Shown: positions 1-12,382 of the stretch, one piece after another
Numbering within the stretch: position 1 is the stretch's first letter
Layout: the number at the start of each line of letters is the position of its first letter
Source: Yuukianura sp. NJ FZ-2021
Lineage: Eukaryota
Length of the DNA stretch: 64,000 nt
Direction: 5' to 3'
NCBI GenBank assembly: GCA_046563655.1
Contig: CM102289.1
Location: 5,704,001-5,768,000, forward strand
Position numbers and translations under genes: made by a program
Notes under the pieces: generated by a model
What the model was told of the DNA's origin: nothing
The model's database searches: none
Seen by the model: the letters and a program-made list of their open reading frames with translations, nothing else

Positions 1-3000
1 ATTTTGACACCAATTTACGCCGGAAAAGGCAAATTCAATTTTCCGCTTCAACTGAAAAATTTGTTTCCTGGTCGAAATTCAAACAGTGAAGCGTGTAATG
101 CAAGCAAGGAAGTGATGAAAAATTCTAAAAATTTAGCTTAGCAATGGCAGTATCCACTAAAAATTTTTTTTGCAAAATCTTTTTACGTAGCGCAACTTTT
201 CTCTTTTTCAACACCCGCTACGACCGTCACTTTTCTCTTTTACAGTTCCGGATGGTCCAACCATCAGACACTGCCTGATTGAGTCCATTGTTAGGAATGA
301 CAGGAGAAAAGTCTCGCTTTCACTGTGTGCACAAGTGCACAACCATTGCACACAATAACTACACAAAGTGCACAATGAGCCATGTGACACTGGACTATTC
401 CCAGAAACTTCAATTTGGCATCGCGTGCACCATCGACTAACATGAGAATTTTTTTAAGCAGTGAAAGTTCGTGTATTACTATGTTTGTAAGTGTTCTTCT
501 TTGTCCAAATCGTCTGCCATTTTTGTTTCTTTGTATTTCTATAATCCCTATAACTACTGTTTCCAAATACTGCATTGATTTTTTTAAAGTTGTCGACACA
601 AGAGTTGGTCCATTTTGAACCGAAGTACCAGCATAACGAACAGTTGAGCCTGGAAGTATCTCATTCCTTTGCCCATTTCCGTCTCCTGGTGTAATTCAAG
701 TAACTGAGGTGTGTAATGTAGGGCGGGAGAAATCGGATGCCGTTTCGGCAGAACTGGAGCATCCACTACTACCACTAGAATTTAGAATCATAGAACTTAG
801 CCTAGTACTACAGTGCACCAACATGTCGGAAATGGCAGTTCTCCTATCCAGTTCCTTTAGACGAGCACCAAGTCGTCTTCAATTACACTTTTCAAATATG
901 CACAACCAACTCGAACGAAACTTTCTTCAAAGGACTGCTGGAATGAGGTCATTGACCAACCGCAAATCCAGCATCATCCATTTCTCAACTCCAGCAACCA
1001 CCGCACCAGCACCAGATCTCAAATGATTCTCAAGATTCAATTGAATTCAAGCGTAACTCATCCTAAGTGTTAACTCTTAGAATTTTTGCTAACATTCAGT
1101 GTACAACACAACTCAAAAGTAGAATGAATGGTAATAGAAGGTCAATAACTCTTTGACCCCGTAAAAAGAACAGAGTTTTGTTGGTTGTTCTACGCTGAGT
1201 TAATATATAACTTGAGTTATTTTAAATTTCAAATATATTTAAATAGCGCTTATTTCGCAACTTCAAAATTTATGCTCTAATAATTTTCACAAACTAAAAT
1301 TTTCACAACATTGCTGTTTAGATATTTCCTGCTTGTACAATTGCATTTTCTTCCAAAACGTTTGACTTGAATTTATTTTTTTCTGCTTTTTCAAAATTTT
1401 GTCATTTTTGGGCTGAAAGACTGGAGAACCAGAAAGATAAAACGAAATTCACCCGGGCGTTTCTTTAAAATGTGAAAGTGACATGATGGCTTCTGGTCTT
1501 ACTTTTTGTGAATGTGTATGTGGTAAGTATGGAGGGAATTTTTGACTTTAAACGCTTACGGTTTTACAACTCTACTTGTTATCACTTGAATCATGTTCTT
1601 GTTCTGAAGGGTCATCTCTCTCTGCGACTCCTAGAAAAGTAGAGTAAAGATGATGGATTTCCTCCAGGGAGGTTTGTGGACTTTTGCGAGAACTTTCTCC
1701 ACTTTCCCCAAAGAACGTAAGAGATGGGCATTGCCTCTCTTTTTCCAAAAAAAAATAAGACTTACAAGACAGAGACGGGCAGCCGAAGCTCTTCTCCTCA
1801 TCATCCTAAAACCACCTTCAGGGAATTCTACGCGGACCAACGACTCCAAAATGTATTTCATCTTCATCACTCAAATTTCCCGCAGCTTCCCAGAAAAAGA
1901 ATTTCCAGGATAGGCTAGAAATAGTTAGGTTAGTGTATATGTCACTTTGGGTTATGTAGTCTCTCTTCACCGCACCTTCTGATCATCTTCTAAATTCGAA
2001 TTTCCTATTTCCGATTCTCATAATCTTGTTTATGAAGCATGGGAAAAGTACAAATGTTGGCGGAACGGAAAAAGAAGAAATTGTATTTGAAAACGTACAA
2101 GGTTTGATTTGATTTGGCAAGAAAGTTGATAAATTTTATTTTATTTTCACAGGAAATAACTTTTTCCGTTCTAACCACACCGTGGCTGTTCTTTCCTTGC
2201 ATCTTCTTTTAGCGGAAGGAAGAAAAAAAGTTACAGATTTTACTTTTAGTGGCGCATAGCATTTTCCGTTTCATTGCCTATCTAGTCTGAGTTGCAAATT
2301 TTTTTGAACAAGTTCTTTTTTGCTCATGCAAAACTAAAAAATTTGAATAGCAAATTGTATTATAGCACAATATTTTTCGATAAGATATTTTCAGTAAATT
2401 CAAAACTACTTTTTTTTTGTCGAAAACGTGTGAACCGTATTCACCATAACTGAAATCCAGATTTCAAGTTCCCTGCGTCATTCTGATTTTTAGTCATTTT
2501 ATTCTGCAAATAGAAAAGACGAGTTATGGACATAATACGCTCATCGATAACTATAATTCCGAAAAGATAAGTGGCTTTTCTTACGCAAGAATACAATTGC
2601 AAAACCATTGACAAGCATCGGGTGCGTTGGTTTGGTTCCCTTTGTGCTTGGATTTTTTGTGCAAAAATTGAAGCTTCATTTGAAATTTAAATCCTTGGGT
2701 TGTTTTTCTGTTTTTATAAACGGGTTGCTTTTATTGGAAAAACGCTTAACTTAATGCTTTGTATTTTTCAAAGAAAAAGTAAAAGAAGGCTTTGTTACTT
2801 TCCTTTTTTCGTCGTCATTAACGAGCAGGGTTTTAAATTGCTTTAAGCTGAGATGCTGAAATTCAAAACTTTGAACCAAAAACCCACTTTTTCTGCTCTT
2901 CTTACAAATTCCTGCTTTGCCTTGTCCCCATTGTCTTGTCAGTTAAATAAGTCAGGGTTCACAAGGGAAGTCCAATGGAAAAACGGAATTAAATCCATAT

Positions 3001-3699
3001 TAGATTATACGAAAGTACAAGACAAGATGCGAACCATCAGCCGCTGACGTCTTTATTGTCCTTTTTTGCCTCCCTTCGATTTCCCGTCCGGAATTTTCAT
3101 CAGAACAAAAGTGAAAGTCTAAAGACGTTGGAGAAAGGCCTAACGAAAGATGCAAATGAGGTGAGGCTTCTCGTTGTGCCGTGACCTACAATGGATAGTA
3201 TAGTGAAAGTGCGCCACAATTTATAGGTTCAAAAAGACAGGGACAAAAGGAAATCCTTAATTAAATGGAAACTACCCATACTTAGTTCAACTAAGGCTAA
3301 GATCCCTCTAAGTCCTTCTTAACGACAAAGGGGGAGGTGGGTGGAAATCGTCAAGTCAGAAGCCCTCCCCCTACCCCCAACTGAGGCCAAAGTTGAAGTT
3401 AATAGTCTAAAGTTTTTAGGGTTTGGCGTTAAACCGGTGCCAATAAGGTTTATACCGAGATGTCCAACTTTGTCACTTTCCTCTCAAACTTTCTTCTTAA
3501 GTTTAACTAGTTTGGAAAATTTAAAGTTAAATTTTGAATTCTCTCCCGCTCTCGCTTCGTTCTTGTTTTAATTAAAAGTATGGTTCTCAAAATTGGGTTA
3601 ATAATTCAACATGGAAGATAGCCATTTTGAAAAGGAAAAGGTAAATCTTGACTGTGATGCCAATTTGGACGTCACCCAGTCAATTTGGAAAACGGAAGA

Positions 3700-3703
<4 letters not shown>

Positions 3704-3734
<31 letters not shown>
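3704..3734. repeat. T31 homopolymer
   Basis: Directly visible; the longest homopolymer in the window. Confidence 0.9.
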
Positions 3735-3739
<5 letters not shown>

Positions 3740-4049
3740 GGACACAAAATTTTTATTTCACAGTCACCTGCCAAAGGCAGGTTGAGAAAAGAAGTAGGAT
3801 TTAAATTAGATTATAATATGAATAATTCGTAAAGATCTTTTCCTGAGGGTAAGGTTCCCAAGATTGAGCAGGAATTTCCGCGTTGAACAGCTAGGCTTAT
3901 TCGTTGTAGGAAGAAGGTCGTGGCTCGTTTATCTCCAGATGTTTCTGACAGCCGATGTCCGATTTGTTTTAAGAAATTTGTTTTGTGAAGAAAAAATTGG
4001 TTTTTGAGAAGTTTTTTCTGTTTTGGCCGGAAGCGCACTTTCATTTTTT

Positions 4050-4062
4050 GGGTCAAAGGTCA
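4050..4062 (+). promoter_or_regulatory. Nuclear-receptor DR1 element (GGGTCA-A-AGGTCA)
   Basis: Exact match to RGGTCA-N-RGGTCA; function untested. Confidence 0.38.
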
Positions 4063-6021
4063 ACAACCTCGTTTGCTTTCAAATTATACCTAGGAATCAT
4101 GTTTCCTTGCTCGTTTTGAAATATCTTGAAAGAACTCCACTTTAATGTATACAAAGAAAAAATTTCTTTTTGATCTCAAATGCACATGTTTTAGAATGTG
4201 TAGACGTCGGTATAACTCCCAATTTGGGAATAGAAAATTCCGCGTACATCGCGTTTCACTTTCTACGTACCTCGCAACTAAAAAGAGAAACTTATTTTTC
4301 AAATACAAGTTTTTTTTTGTTAAAATGAAAAAAAATATATTTGGGGCAATTATAAGCTGTTAGCAAAAAATCTACCTTGTGACATAACTCAGCTTTTGGT
4401 CTAAAACTAAAAAAAAAAAAATTTTTTTAGAAATGAAAAGTGGAAGTGACAAGACCCAACGTGATAATCTCATTAGAAAATCTCTTCACTTCACAAACTT
4501 TTTGTTCTAGGATAAAGATAAGAGGAAGATTAAAATGGTCTGCGCGGCTTTCACTTTTTCTCCCCCGAAATTTAAAAATTGGAACTGAAAACTGTGTGCT
4601 AGTAGGACGAAATGAAATTCAAGAATTTGAATGATTTTTTTGTTAAGAAAAGAATTTTTTGGCATAAGTTTATTACAGAAAGGAGCTTTGGAGTAGAGAT
4701 GATTGATTACATTCGGATGTCTGTGGGATTTTGCCAAGAAGACGCATCAAAGGAGCATTAGGACTCTTGGATTCATCAGATCAGAAGACTTTCCGTATTC
4801 TTCATACGGCAGAAGACTTTCTCCACTTGGGGATTTAACAAAAAAGTTCATCTCTCTTTGAGACCGAAACCGCTGAAAATGCAGATTCGGCACCTCGTCT
4901 GATTTTGACTTTGCGACTTTATCTTGGGTTTAGCTTATTACGCAAGAATTGGCTAAGGAGAAACTTAAATTTCAGCAAGACTTGGAACGAAAGCCAGTTA
5001 TTAAAATGTGAGTGAGAAATTTATTCACGCTAAGGATTTTTTTTTTGAAAATTTAAAATTTAACAATTTTGAAAATTGGTACATACCTTATCCTTCTTGT
5101 GGATTAAACTACGGAATTCTTCTAGACCTAAATTCCGTTTTCCCCAAAGTTTTTACAAAACTTCATGAAAATTGAAAAGTTTTGGCATTGAAAATCTTAG
5201 TTTGAAAGTATGTGAAATGAAAAACGGAAAATTAATGAATTTGGAAATTTGAATTTGATTAAAATAAAATTCCACTTTGTTCAAGTAGTGGTAGAATGGG
5301 ATGCATGTGTTTTTCTTTTTTCTGTGCAGTTTAGTGGCGGCATAATTTGAAAATGAGTTTTCACTCAAGAGGAAAACCTGTACACCGCACATTATGGCTA
5401 TTTATGCACAGAGCTTTCCAAAATACCAATTTTCATTCTCAAAATTCAAAAACTTAATGGAACTATATACAACGCCCTAAGCTTCCTGAATTTGAATAAA
5501 ATTGAAAAAGTTACTTTTTGTTTTAAACTTTCACTCAAGTTCATTTCAAAGTGTCAAATCCTACTTTTCTAACTTTTTTTCTTGAATAATTGATGGCATA
5601 GGGTTAGCTTCTGGAACCTCGACAAGAATTTCTAACCTTTTCAAGATCACCTTAAAAAAATTCTATAAAGTTTCTTACACCTCAGTCTGTTTTTTAAATT
5701 GCAGATAACCAATTTCTTGGTTCGAAAGTTTTAGAATTTTTAAACTAAAAAGAGTACAGCTTCAGCGTAGAAAAAGAAGAAGAAAGTTGGCTGAGAAGTT
5801 TAAATTTGATTTGGAAAATTCTGACTGTTGACTCTTTTGCTTACTTGTGTTCAGCAAGTCACTTTCGTTTTGCACTGATTGTACACTTTTGTTGTTTACT
5901 TTCTTCTCTCCTACACCGTAAACTTTTTGTACTCCTTATCTACATGTAAACTTTATGCAAAGCAAGATCGACGTATACTATTTTTTCCGCCGCTAATAAA
6001 AAGTGGCACGCAAAAACACTT

Positions 6022-6287
6022 TGTCCGTCTCACCGGACATCGTTACATCCGCAAAAGAAAGCAAAAAACACATCAGCAAGAAATACATCAGCAATAAAAA
6101 CACATCAGGTGAAAATACATATAAGAATTAAGACAAAGACATAAAAAAGACAAGCACTGCAAACGCATCTACATACGTTGCATACGTAATTAATTATACT
6201 GCTGATGTATTTCCTTTTTTCGGCTGATTTTTTAATTGCTGATGTGTTTTGTGCTTATGTCTTTTGTCTGATGTATTGGCGTGGACC
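6022..6287. mobile_element. Degenerate foldback/MITE-like element with inverted arrays of 15-17 bp ACATCAG subrepeats
   Basis: Left arm aaaacacatcagcaag / aaatacatcagcaat / aaaacacatcaggt / agacaaagacataa. Right arm carries the reverse complements gctgatgtatttc / attgctgatgtgtttt / ttatgtcttttgtctgatgtatt. Ends are approximate and there is no clear TSD. Confidence 0.6.
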
Positions 6288-9200
6288 TCTCCCTCTCAGA
6301 CGTTAGAGTCGTCTGTTTACGACTTTGTTTTGTTTTTTTTACTAAAACGTGAAAACATCGCATCGCACCAGAAATCAAACTGACCCTAATTCAACTAACT
6401 AGTCAGTCGTTCAAAAAAGAAAAAGCGAACTCCAAGTTTACAAAAAAAAAAAAAAAAAGAATTATGCTAATCTTTAACCAAATAATTTTAAAACTGAAAA
6501 TGAAAATTGAAATCTCTTAAAAATTACAATTACTAGAACTAGTAAACAACTTTTTCTTTTTGTAGATTCATCGAAACTTTATTTCAAAAGTGCGGAATTA
6601 GAGTACATTTATTAACTTTTGCCCTTTTCTCAATACCGCCAAACTTCGAAAATCCAATGTTACCCAAGCTTTTCCTCTGTTACGCGTGTTGAAGTTAATA
6701 ATAGATGGGCAAGTGGAGCAAGCAGTGAAAGCGGGAATTTGATTAGAGAACATGCTATTTTGGCACGAAAACTCAAACTAAACATCACCTAACTTCCAGT
6801 TCAAAGCTGGGCATTTTCCCATATGACATAGAGAGCGTCGGAGCTTTAATAATAAAACGCTCATCTCCATCTGCTTTCGCAAGTGAAAGGCTTTGACACT
6901 TTGAACTCCAGAACGATCCTATTTATGAAAGCGTTCTGCATTTCAGCACCATTTTCAAATACAGAAAAACCTGCTCATAGTTTACGAGAGACCGAAGAAA
7001 AAAACAAAAGCTCCATGGCATGCATTCCTCCTGTTAAAATGGAACATTGTGGAAGCCGGAGAAAGCGGGAAAGTGCAGATTGAAATGCCACAACCATTTT
7101 ATTAAATCATTTGCTTCTGCTGTTCACTTTCACCAGGGTTTTATTCTTTCCGTACCAGTTTTGAATTCAATTCTAAATTTAAACTTTCTCTCCTTTTCGA
7201 AAACGAACATGAATGAACTCCCAAACTTCATTCTACTTTTCAACACTCACTTCTGCAGAAAGACCCTTAAAGCTAATAGAGACAAAGGCTGCATAGATTT
7301 GTACTAAATTATTTTCAGTTTCCCAAACGTGACTCAAATACCAAATTCCAGTTTCTGTTCTAATTCAAAAATTTTTCAAAGCCACGTTTTTTTAAACAGA
7401 TATTTTTTAAATTGACTTTGAATTTAAAGCACTATCCAATTCCAGATCAAAGAAAATTTATATTTTTTTGCCTCATTTTTTTTTTGCACAGAGGTTCCAA
7501 AATTAAAAAAAAACAATTTGAACGAATTATTTTAGAAGTTTTTTGTTTTGCTGATTAAAAAATCCTCACGCGCCAATTCGTAGAAAAAAATCAGAATTTT
7601 GGCAAACTTAACGCGTAATTTTATTTTACGTCATTGGTTGGGTTTCAATGAATTAACTTTTGGCACACGCTCTTTTGTATCTAATTCCCAATGACTCGTT
7701 TCTTTCTATGTGATGAACAAAGGAATCAAAAGCGCCAATGGGGCTTTTATGATTTTAGTATTTTCGATGCGATTTTGAACAAAAGTTTTCCCGCTCAACC
7801 ATCGAACCCTAAAGCTTACGCACTACGGTTACGGAAAAGTGAGCGGGAAAACGAAACAAGGAAAGGGCATTTTGTCTTGAGCTGTAAACAAAGCACGTAA
7901 TGATTGATTGTTTTGTTTTTCTTCCATCATGGACGCAAAAGCCTCTCTTTCACACTCTTTTCCTCCCATTGTCTTTTGTTGCCCAACACTGTCTTTTACT
8001 CTTCACAAGAGACAGAGATGGACATTGAAACTCGGCCACTCACTGTACAAAGTCCGCAAATGGACGTTTGTTTGAACAAGACAGAAGAGGGAATTGTCTA
8101 GACGTTTGATTCTGAGCCAAGTCGCAATAAACCAAATGCTGAATGTTAGGCGGGAGTATTTGGCTGCAAGCAGTAGGCAGGAGGGAGATGAGAACGTAGC
8201 TTTTCCCTAGAGACAAATGTAGTAGATTAAGTTCGTGATTAAGTGAAAGTGGGTCGCTTAGACACAAGGAATTTCAGTTGAATAAACATATTTTGAGGGT
8301 AGGAAACGCATTAGACACGCACTTAGGCGCGTTGGACTTCCCATCCTCCCTCGTTTGGTGTTGAACCAAAATAATAATCACTCGGGGCATTGTGAGACAA
8401 TATGCCGCACCCGGGAGTGGGGAAAACAAGTTTCCGCGCCGCTCCGTTTGCGCATCAGCCTTTCACAACGTTCGCACAATCAAAATCTAAGGGAAAGCGA
8501 CAGTCAACACGCAATGGACGGAAATGGCTTTAGCCAAATGGTTCATTCCCATCCAACTGCCGTTTATGCTTCCGGACGGACCTAAACCTCTGAATTCTCT
8601 GAATCAGCACATCTATTGTCTTTTCTAACTACCTTTTACTGAAAAAAGTTAAACCACCTCATCAATATTTAGACACAAAGTTTGAGACAAATGTGTCCAA
8701 CTAAAACTCAGAAATTGGTGACAGACGTAGAAACAAATTCTGATTTTCTAAGACATGAAAAAGAGAAAGTGCGTGATTGTTGTGTATGTGTGGAAAAGTT
8801 TGCGTGTTCAATTCCATTTTCTCGTGCGTGTTGATGACTCAGATTGGAAATGCTCTCAAGTGTATAGAATGGGAAGGTGCACTTTCTTGTTCTTTTTTAC
8901 TTTCTCCAAATCAAATCCTCAAATTTGAAATTCGAAGCGGCAAATCCCATGTTTCCCGCCTTTCTCCAGAAATTATTTATCTCAAAACCTTTTGTTTTCA
9001 AGAAAAGCAACAGTTCTGCTAATCTGTAATTTGAAGCGTAAAGAGGTTAAAATATAGAATCTCAAGTACTGCTGAATCTACCACAAATGAGATCTGGAAG
9101 CTTCCTGCTTCTCGGTCTGTTATTAGATGAAGTGTGTACTTAGGCCCCCTTAATTACAACCCTTCACCCTCCCTTATTCCCCTGTCCAAGGGCACACGAA

Positions 9201-10206
9201 ACAAGACTTTTCTTAACATTCAATAGTTGGCTAAATTGTAATTGCCAACAGATTTCAGCTAGGGGAAGGCTGTAATTACTACTTTCTACGCAGGAGCGTT
9301 TAAAGTTTGAAAAACTTTTTCCGTATCCGGAAAACTAAAAAAACTCAACTAAAAAATCTCAAAATTCATGACAATAGGAGCTTATCAGCCTCACGTGTGA
9401 CTACAATTTCAAAATTTAGAATTAGATATAACCATCGGAAACATTTTCAGCTTGTCCATAGGTTTTACGGACTAAATGTACAGAGTGTTTCAAAACAAAT
9501 TATACAACGCATACGCATCAAGGCTACAGTGAGTTTGCGATGAGTTAAGGTTTCTGTATGGGGCTCGAGTTTTGAAAAATTTAACTTTGAAGTTTCGTTT
9601 TGACTTTTTCTCAGAAATGCTCAGTTGAAGTAGCATTCTAATGGAGAAAACTACTAGAAAATGGAGGTTAACAGCTCCTCAGTTGAAATGAGGATAATCG
9701 AAGGGCCTGTCCAAAACAGATGCGGAGTCAGGCAGCTACTGAATTGTAATTTTCACACACACAAGAGGCAGTAAAAACAGAGTTGAACAAGGGAAACAGG
9801 AGCCGCTAGAAAAAAAAAACAGGCTTTGGAAAATAGAGGATAAAGAATGACTTGGTACTTGGAATCGACACAAGGAAAAATACAAATAGGAAACATGGGA
9901 AGTGGCAGAGTGAAAATCCAAACGAGTGAAAGTTCCGGGAAAGTGGAAATGGGAACAGGAAAATAAATGCAGTGTCAACTTCCCATTGGAGTCCAATTAA
10001 CCTTTCCCACTCTACCCGTGTCAATGAGAGTTTTAGCGTCTCGTAAATTTTAAACAACACAAATTTGTTCTCAAGCCATTTTCAAATTCACTCGGTACTT
10101 CCCTTTTGGCAACAGACTCAATTTTTCAATTGGAGAAATTAATCCTTTGGCTTAATTTCAAAAACAAAAGAAAAGAATTTCAGACTTTTCAGTGTAGTAC
10201 GCATAC

Positions 10207-10263
10207 CTTTTCACAAATAGTTTATTAACGATACAACCGCAGTGTTCTCGTTCTTCTGCTGCT
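10207..10263 (-). other. Candidate 57-nt internal exon (probably 5'UTR)
   Basis: Flanked by acceptor aattttcaattttag (10264) and donor AAAAG|gtatgc (10206); only one of three frames is open. Confidence 0.35.
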
Positions 10264-12147
10264 CTAAAATTGAAAATTTGTAATCAAATTAAATTACAGA
10301 GTTCCGGAATTGAAGTTTTAGTTCTACTTTATTTGATTTTGTGAATGACTCCACTTAATCAGTGCCACTTCAACAAGCGTTGGAGAGGGATCGAGCAGAG
10401 AACAGTTTTTAATTTGATTCGAACTGGAAGTTCAGTTGCAGTAGTTTTGTCTAAAAACCAGTACGAATGTCACTCACACTCTCCCCGCAGCTTCAGTCAT
10501 GTTCAAACGTGTTCAAATGAAAAAGAACACAGGAATACAGTTGGCTGCCAAAGCCTTTTACCAACATAATGTGATTAGTAAATTAATCAAAAACTCTAAT
10601 CAATCTTTTTTCCAGTTAACTACGGTAAACAGCCACTAACTTGTAAAAGGATTGTAAAACCCACATGTAAAAGGACTTTAGAATACTAATCAAGAATTGT
10701 TACTTCAATTTTTCTAGTTCCACACGCAGTAACTTTATAAAAAACTGCTCAACATTTTGTAGTTTTTAAAAAGGAAAAAAACGAATGTTTGATTGTAAAT
10801 TTGCCACATGCTGTTAAACTAGTAGTGGAATGGAACTTAACTTAGCATTTAAATGTTAAGAACTGCGTTCACTCTTTTCTTGAAAATTTCAAAAAGTTGC
10901 CAAAGTGTCAAAGTTTAAAGAAGAAAAGAGAACAAAGAAAGGGGACGTTGAACCTCAAAGCTTAATTGAATTTCCTTTCTTACTACACAGTTCTATGCCA
11001 TATCCGATTTCTGGGAGTATCAAAAAGTCAAATAACAAGTTGAAGAAAGTGGAAAAGAAAGTAAAAAATGTGAAACAAAAAAGAGGAGGTTGGCCAAATC
11101 GAATTTACTTTTTCCGATTTTCGCAGTTCCATGCCGAAATCGTCATAGGTTTTTTGATTCTTTTTTCTTATGCATATTGCATTCTAAACTTTTAGTTTTG
11201 TACTACGCTTGATTTTTTGCAAACTTCTTCGCATGCAAAATGCCCATTCAGCTGAGCAGTTTCATTCCTTTTGTATTTGGTTAAAAAGTATTTCTAAGAA
11301 AAGTTCTTTTAAAATTTTGAACACAGCACAGTTTGAAACCTCCTGCTGAGAATCTAATTTTTATTCTATTGTGAAAAACCAAAAAGTGTGGGAGCAAAAA
11401 AGAGAAAATCCATTTCAAATCCACATGGTTAATTTAGAACGAGAACAAATTAATTGGATTTTGGATTTTCCAATTGTTAGTACGTAGCGACGGGCAGTGG
11501 GGGTTCCATTGACCAAACTTGAGCAGCGGCTAGGAAGTAACAAAATAACTTGGAGTTTAATCCGATTTGGAAAATTTTGAAAAAAAAAATCTATTAGTGT
11601 ACTAGAAAGCAGTTTCAAATAAGTGAAAAGGCGAGATATGTCGAAGCATATAAAAAATCCATAGTTTTTGAAGTTTCAAAAACTATTATAGTAGCAGTAG
11701 TTAGGGGAATAAACTCCTGATCAAATTTTCACCAACTTTCACACTCGTAATTAAATTCTCGGCTTTAAGGGGAAAAAATGAGAAAAGTGAATTGTGATCA
11801 AAAGACTGGAACAGACTGGGTTTCCTACTAAACTTCACGTGCTTTCTCTCACTTTGTTTAGTTTCACTTTACTTAACTTTGTGCCGGTTTAGTGCGGCAG
11901 GAGGAGAAAAGTTGTGTAGCGGAAACACAAAAAGTTTTGATGTACATTTTCCAAGCGTATATTTTTTAAAGTATAAAAAATATAGTTTATATTGCGTATA
12001 TTGTGAAAAGGAGTAAGAATATGAGCGTGATTCTTAAAGTTGTGGATGAGCAGGTTCGCACACACTACTGTAGAGACTATAAAAGCACGGGTAATAATTT
12101 GGTGGAATTGATCACGTACGGAAAAAGGTAACAAAAAGTTAAGTTAC

Positions 12148-12382
12148 TTCCTCCGCACTTTCTCTTAAAGAAAAAGCAAAAATGAAAATAAAACACTGTT
12201 GTGGGAACACAATTTTTTCTTTTGTAATAAAACAATCCTGAAACCACAAAACACTAGAAGCGTCTCGCACGCAAAATAAATCAAACATAAGCAAAAAGGC
12301 GCAGAAGAAAATTCCTTTCTTGATCTTTTGTCTAAAAAAATATCGAAAATCGAGTTTAGTATTTTGTTTAAATTACGACTGA
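12148..12382 (-). promoter_or_regulatory. Candidate alternative promoter (Inr TCAGTC) and non-coding exon
   Basis: Minus-strand TCAGTC at 12382-12377 followed by UTR-like sequence ending at GAA|gtaact (12147). An internal acceptor ggtttcag at 12238 is an alternative 5' boundary. Confidence 0.35.

Noticed and set aside
291..480. Cys-rich stretch as a piggyBac C-terminal cysteine-rich domain or zinc finger
   Set aside because: The Cys spacing is unconvincing, no DDD catalytic region or TTAA/TIR was found, and TGTG-rich sequence explains the Cys.
1766..1870. Minus-strand ORF ending at a GTAAGT (MKMKYILESLVRVEFPEGGFRMMRRRASAARLCL)
   Set aside because: It could be an alternative first exon, but there is no homology or acceptor support, so it is too weak to call.
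4747..4872. Possible phase-1 partner exon for the signal-peptide exon (acceptor at 4873)
   Set aside because: The frame reads VSVSKRDELFC and then TAA; no support as a coding exon.
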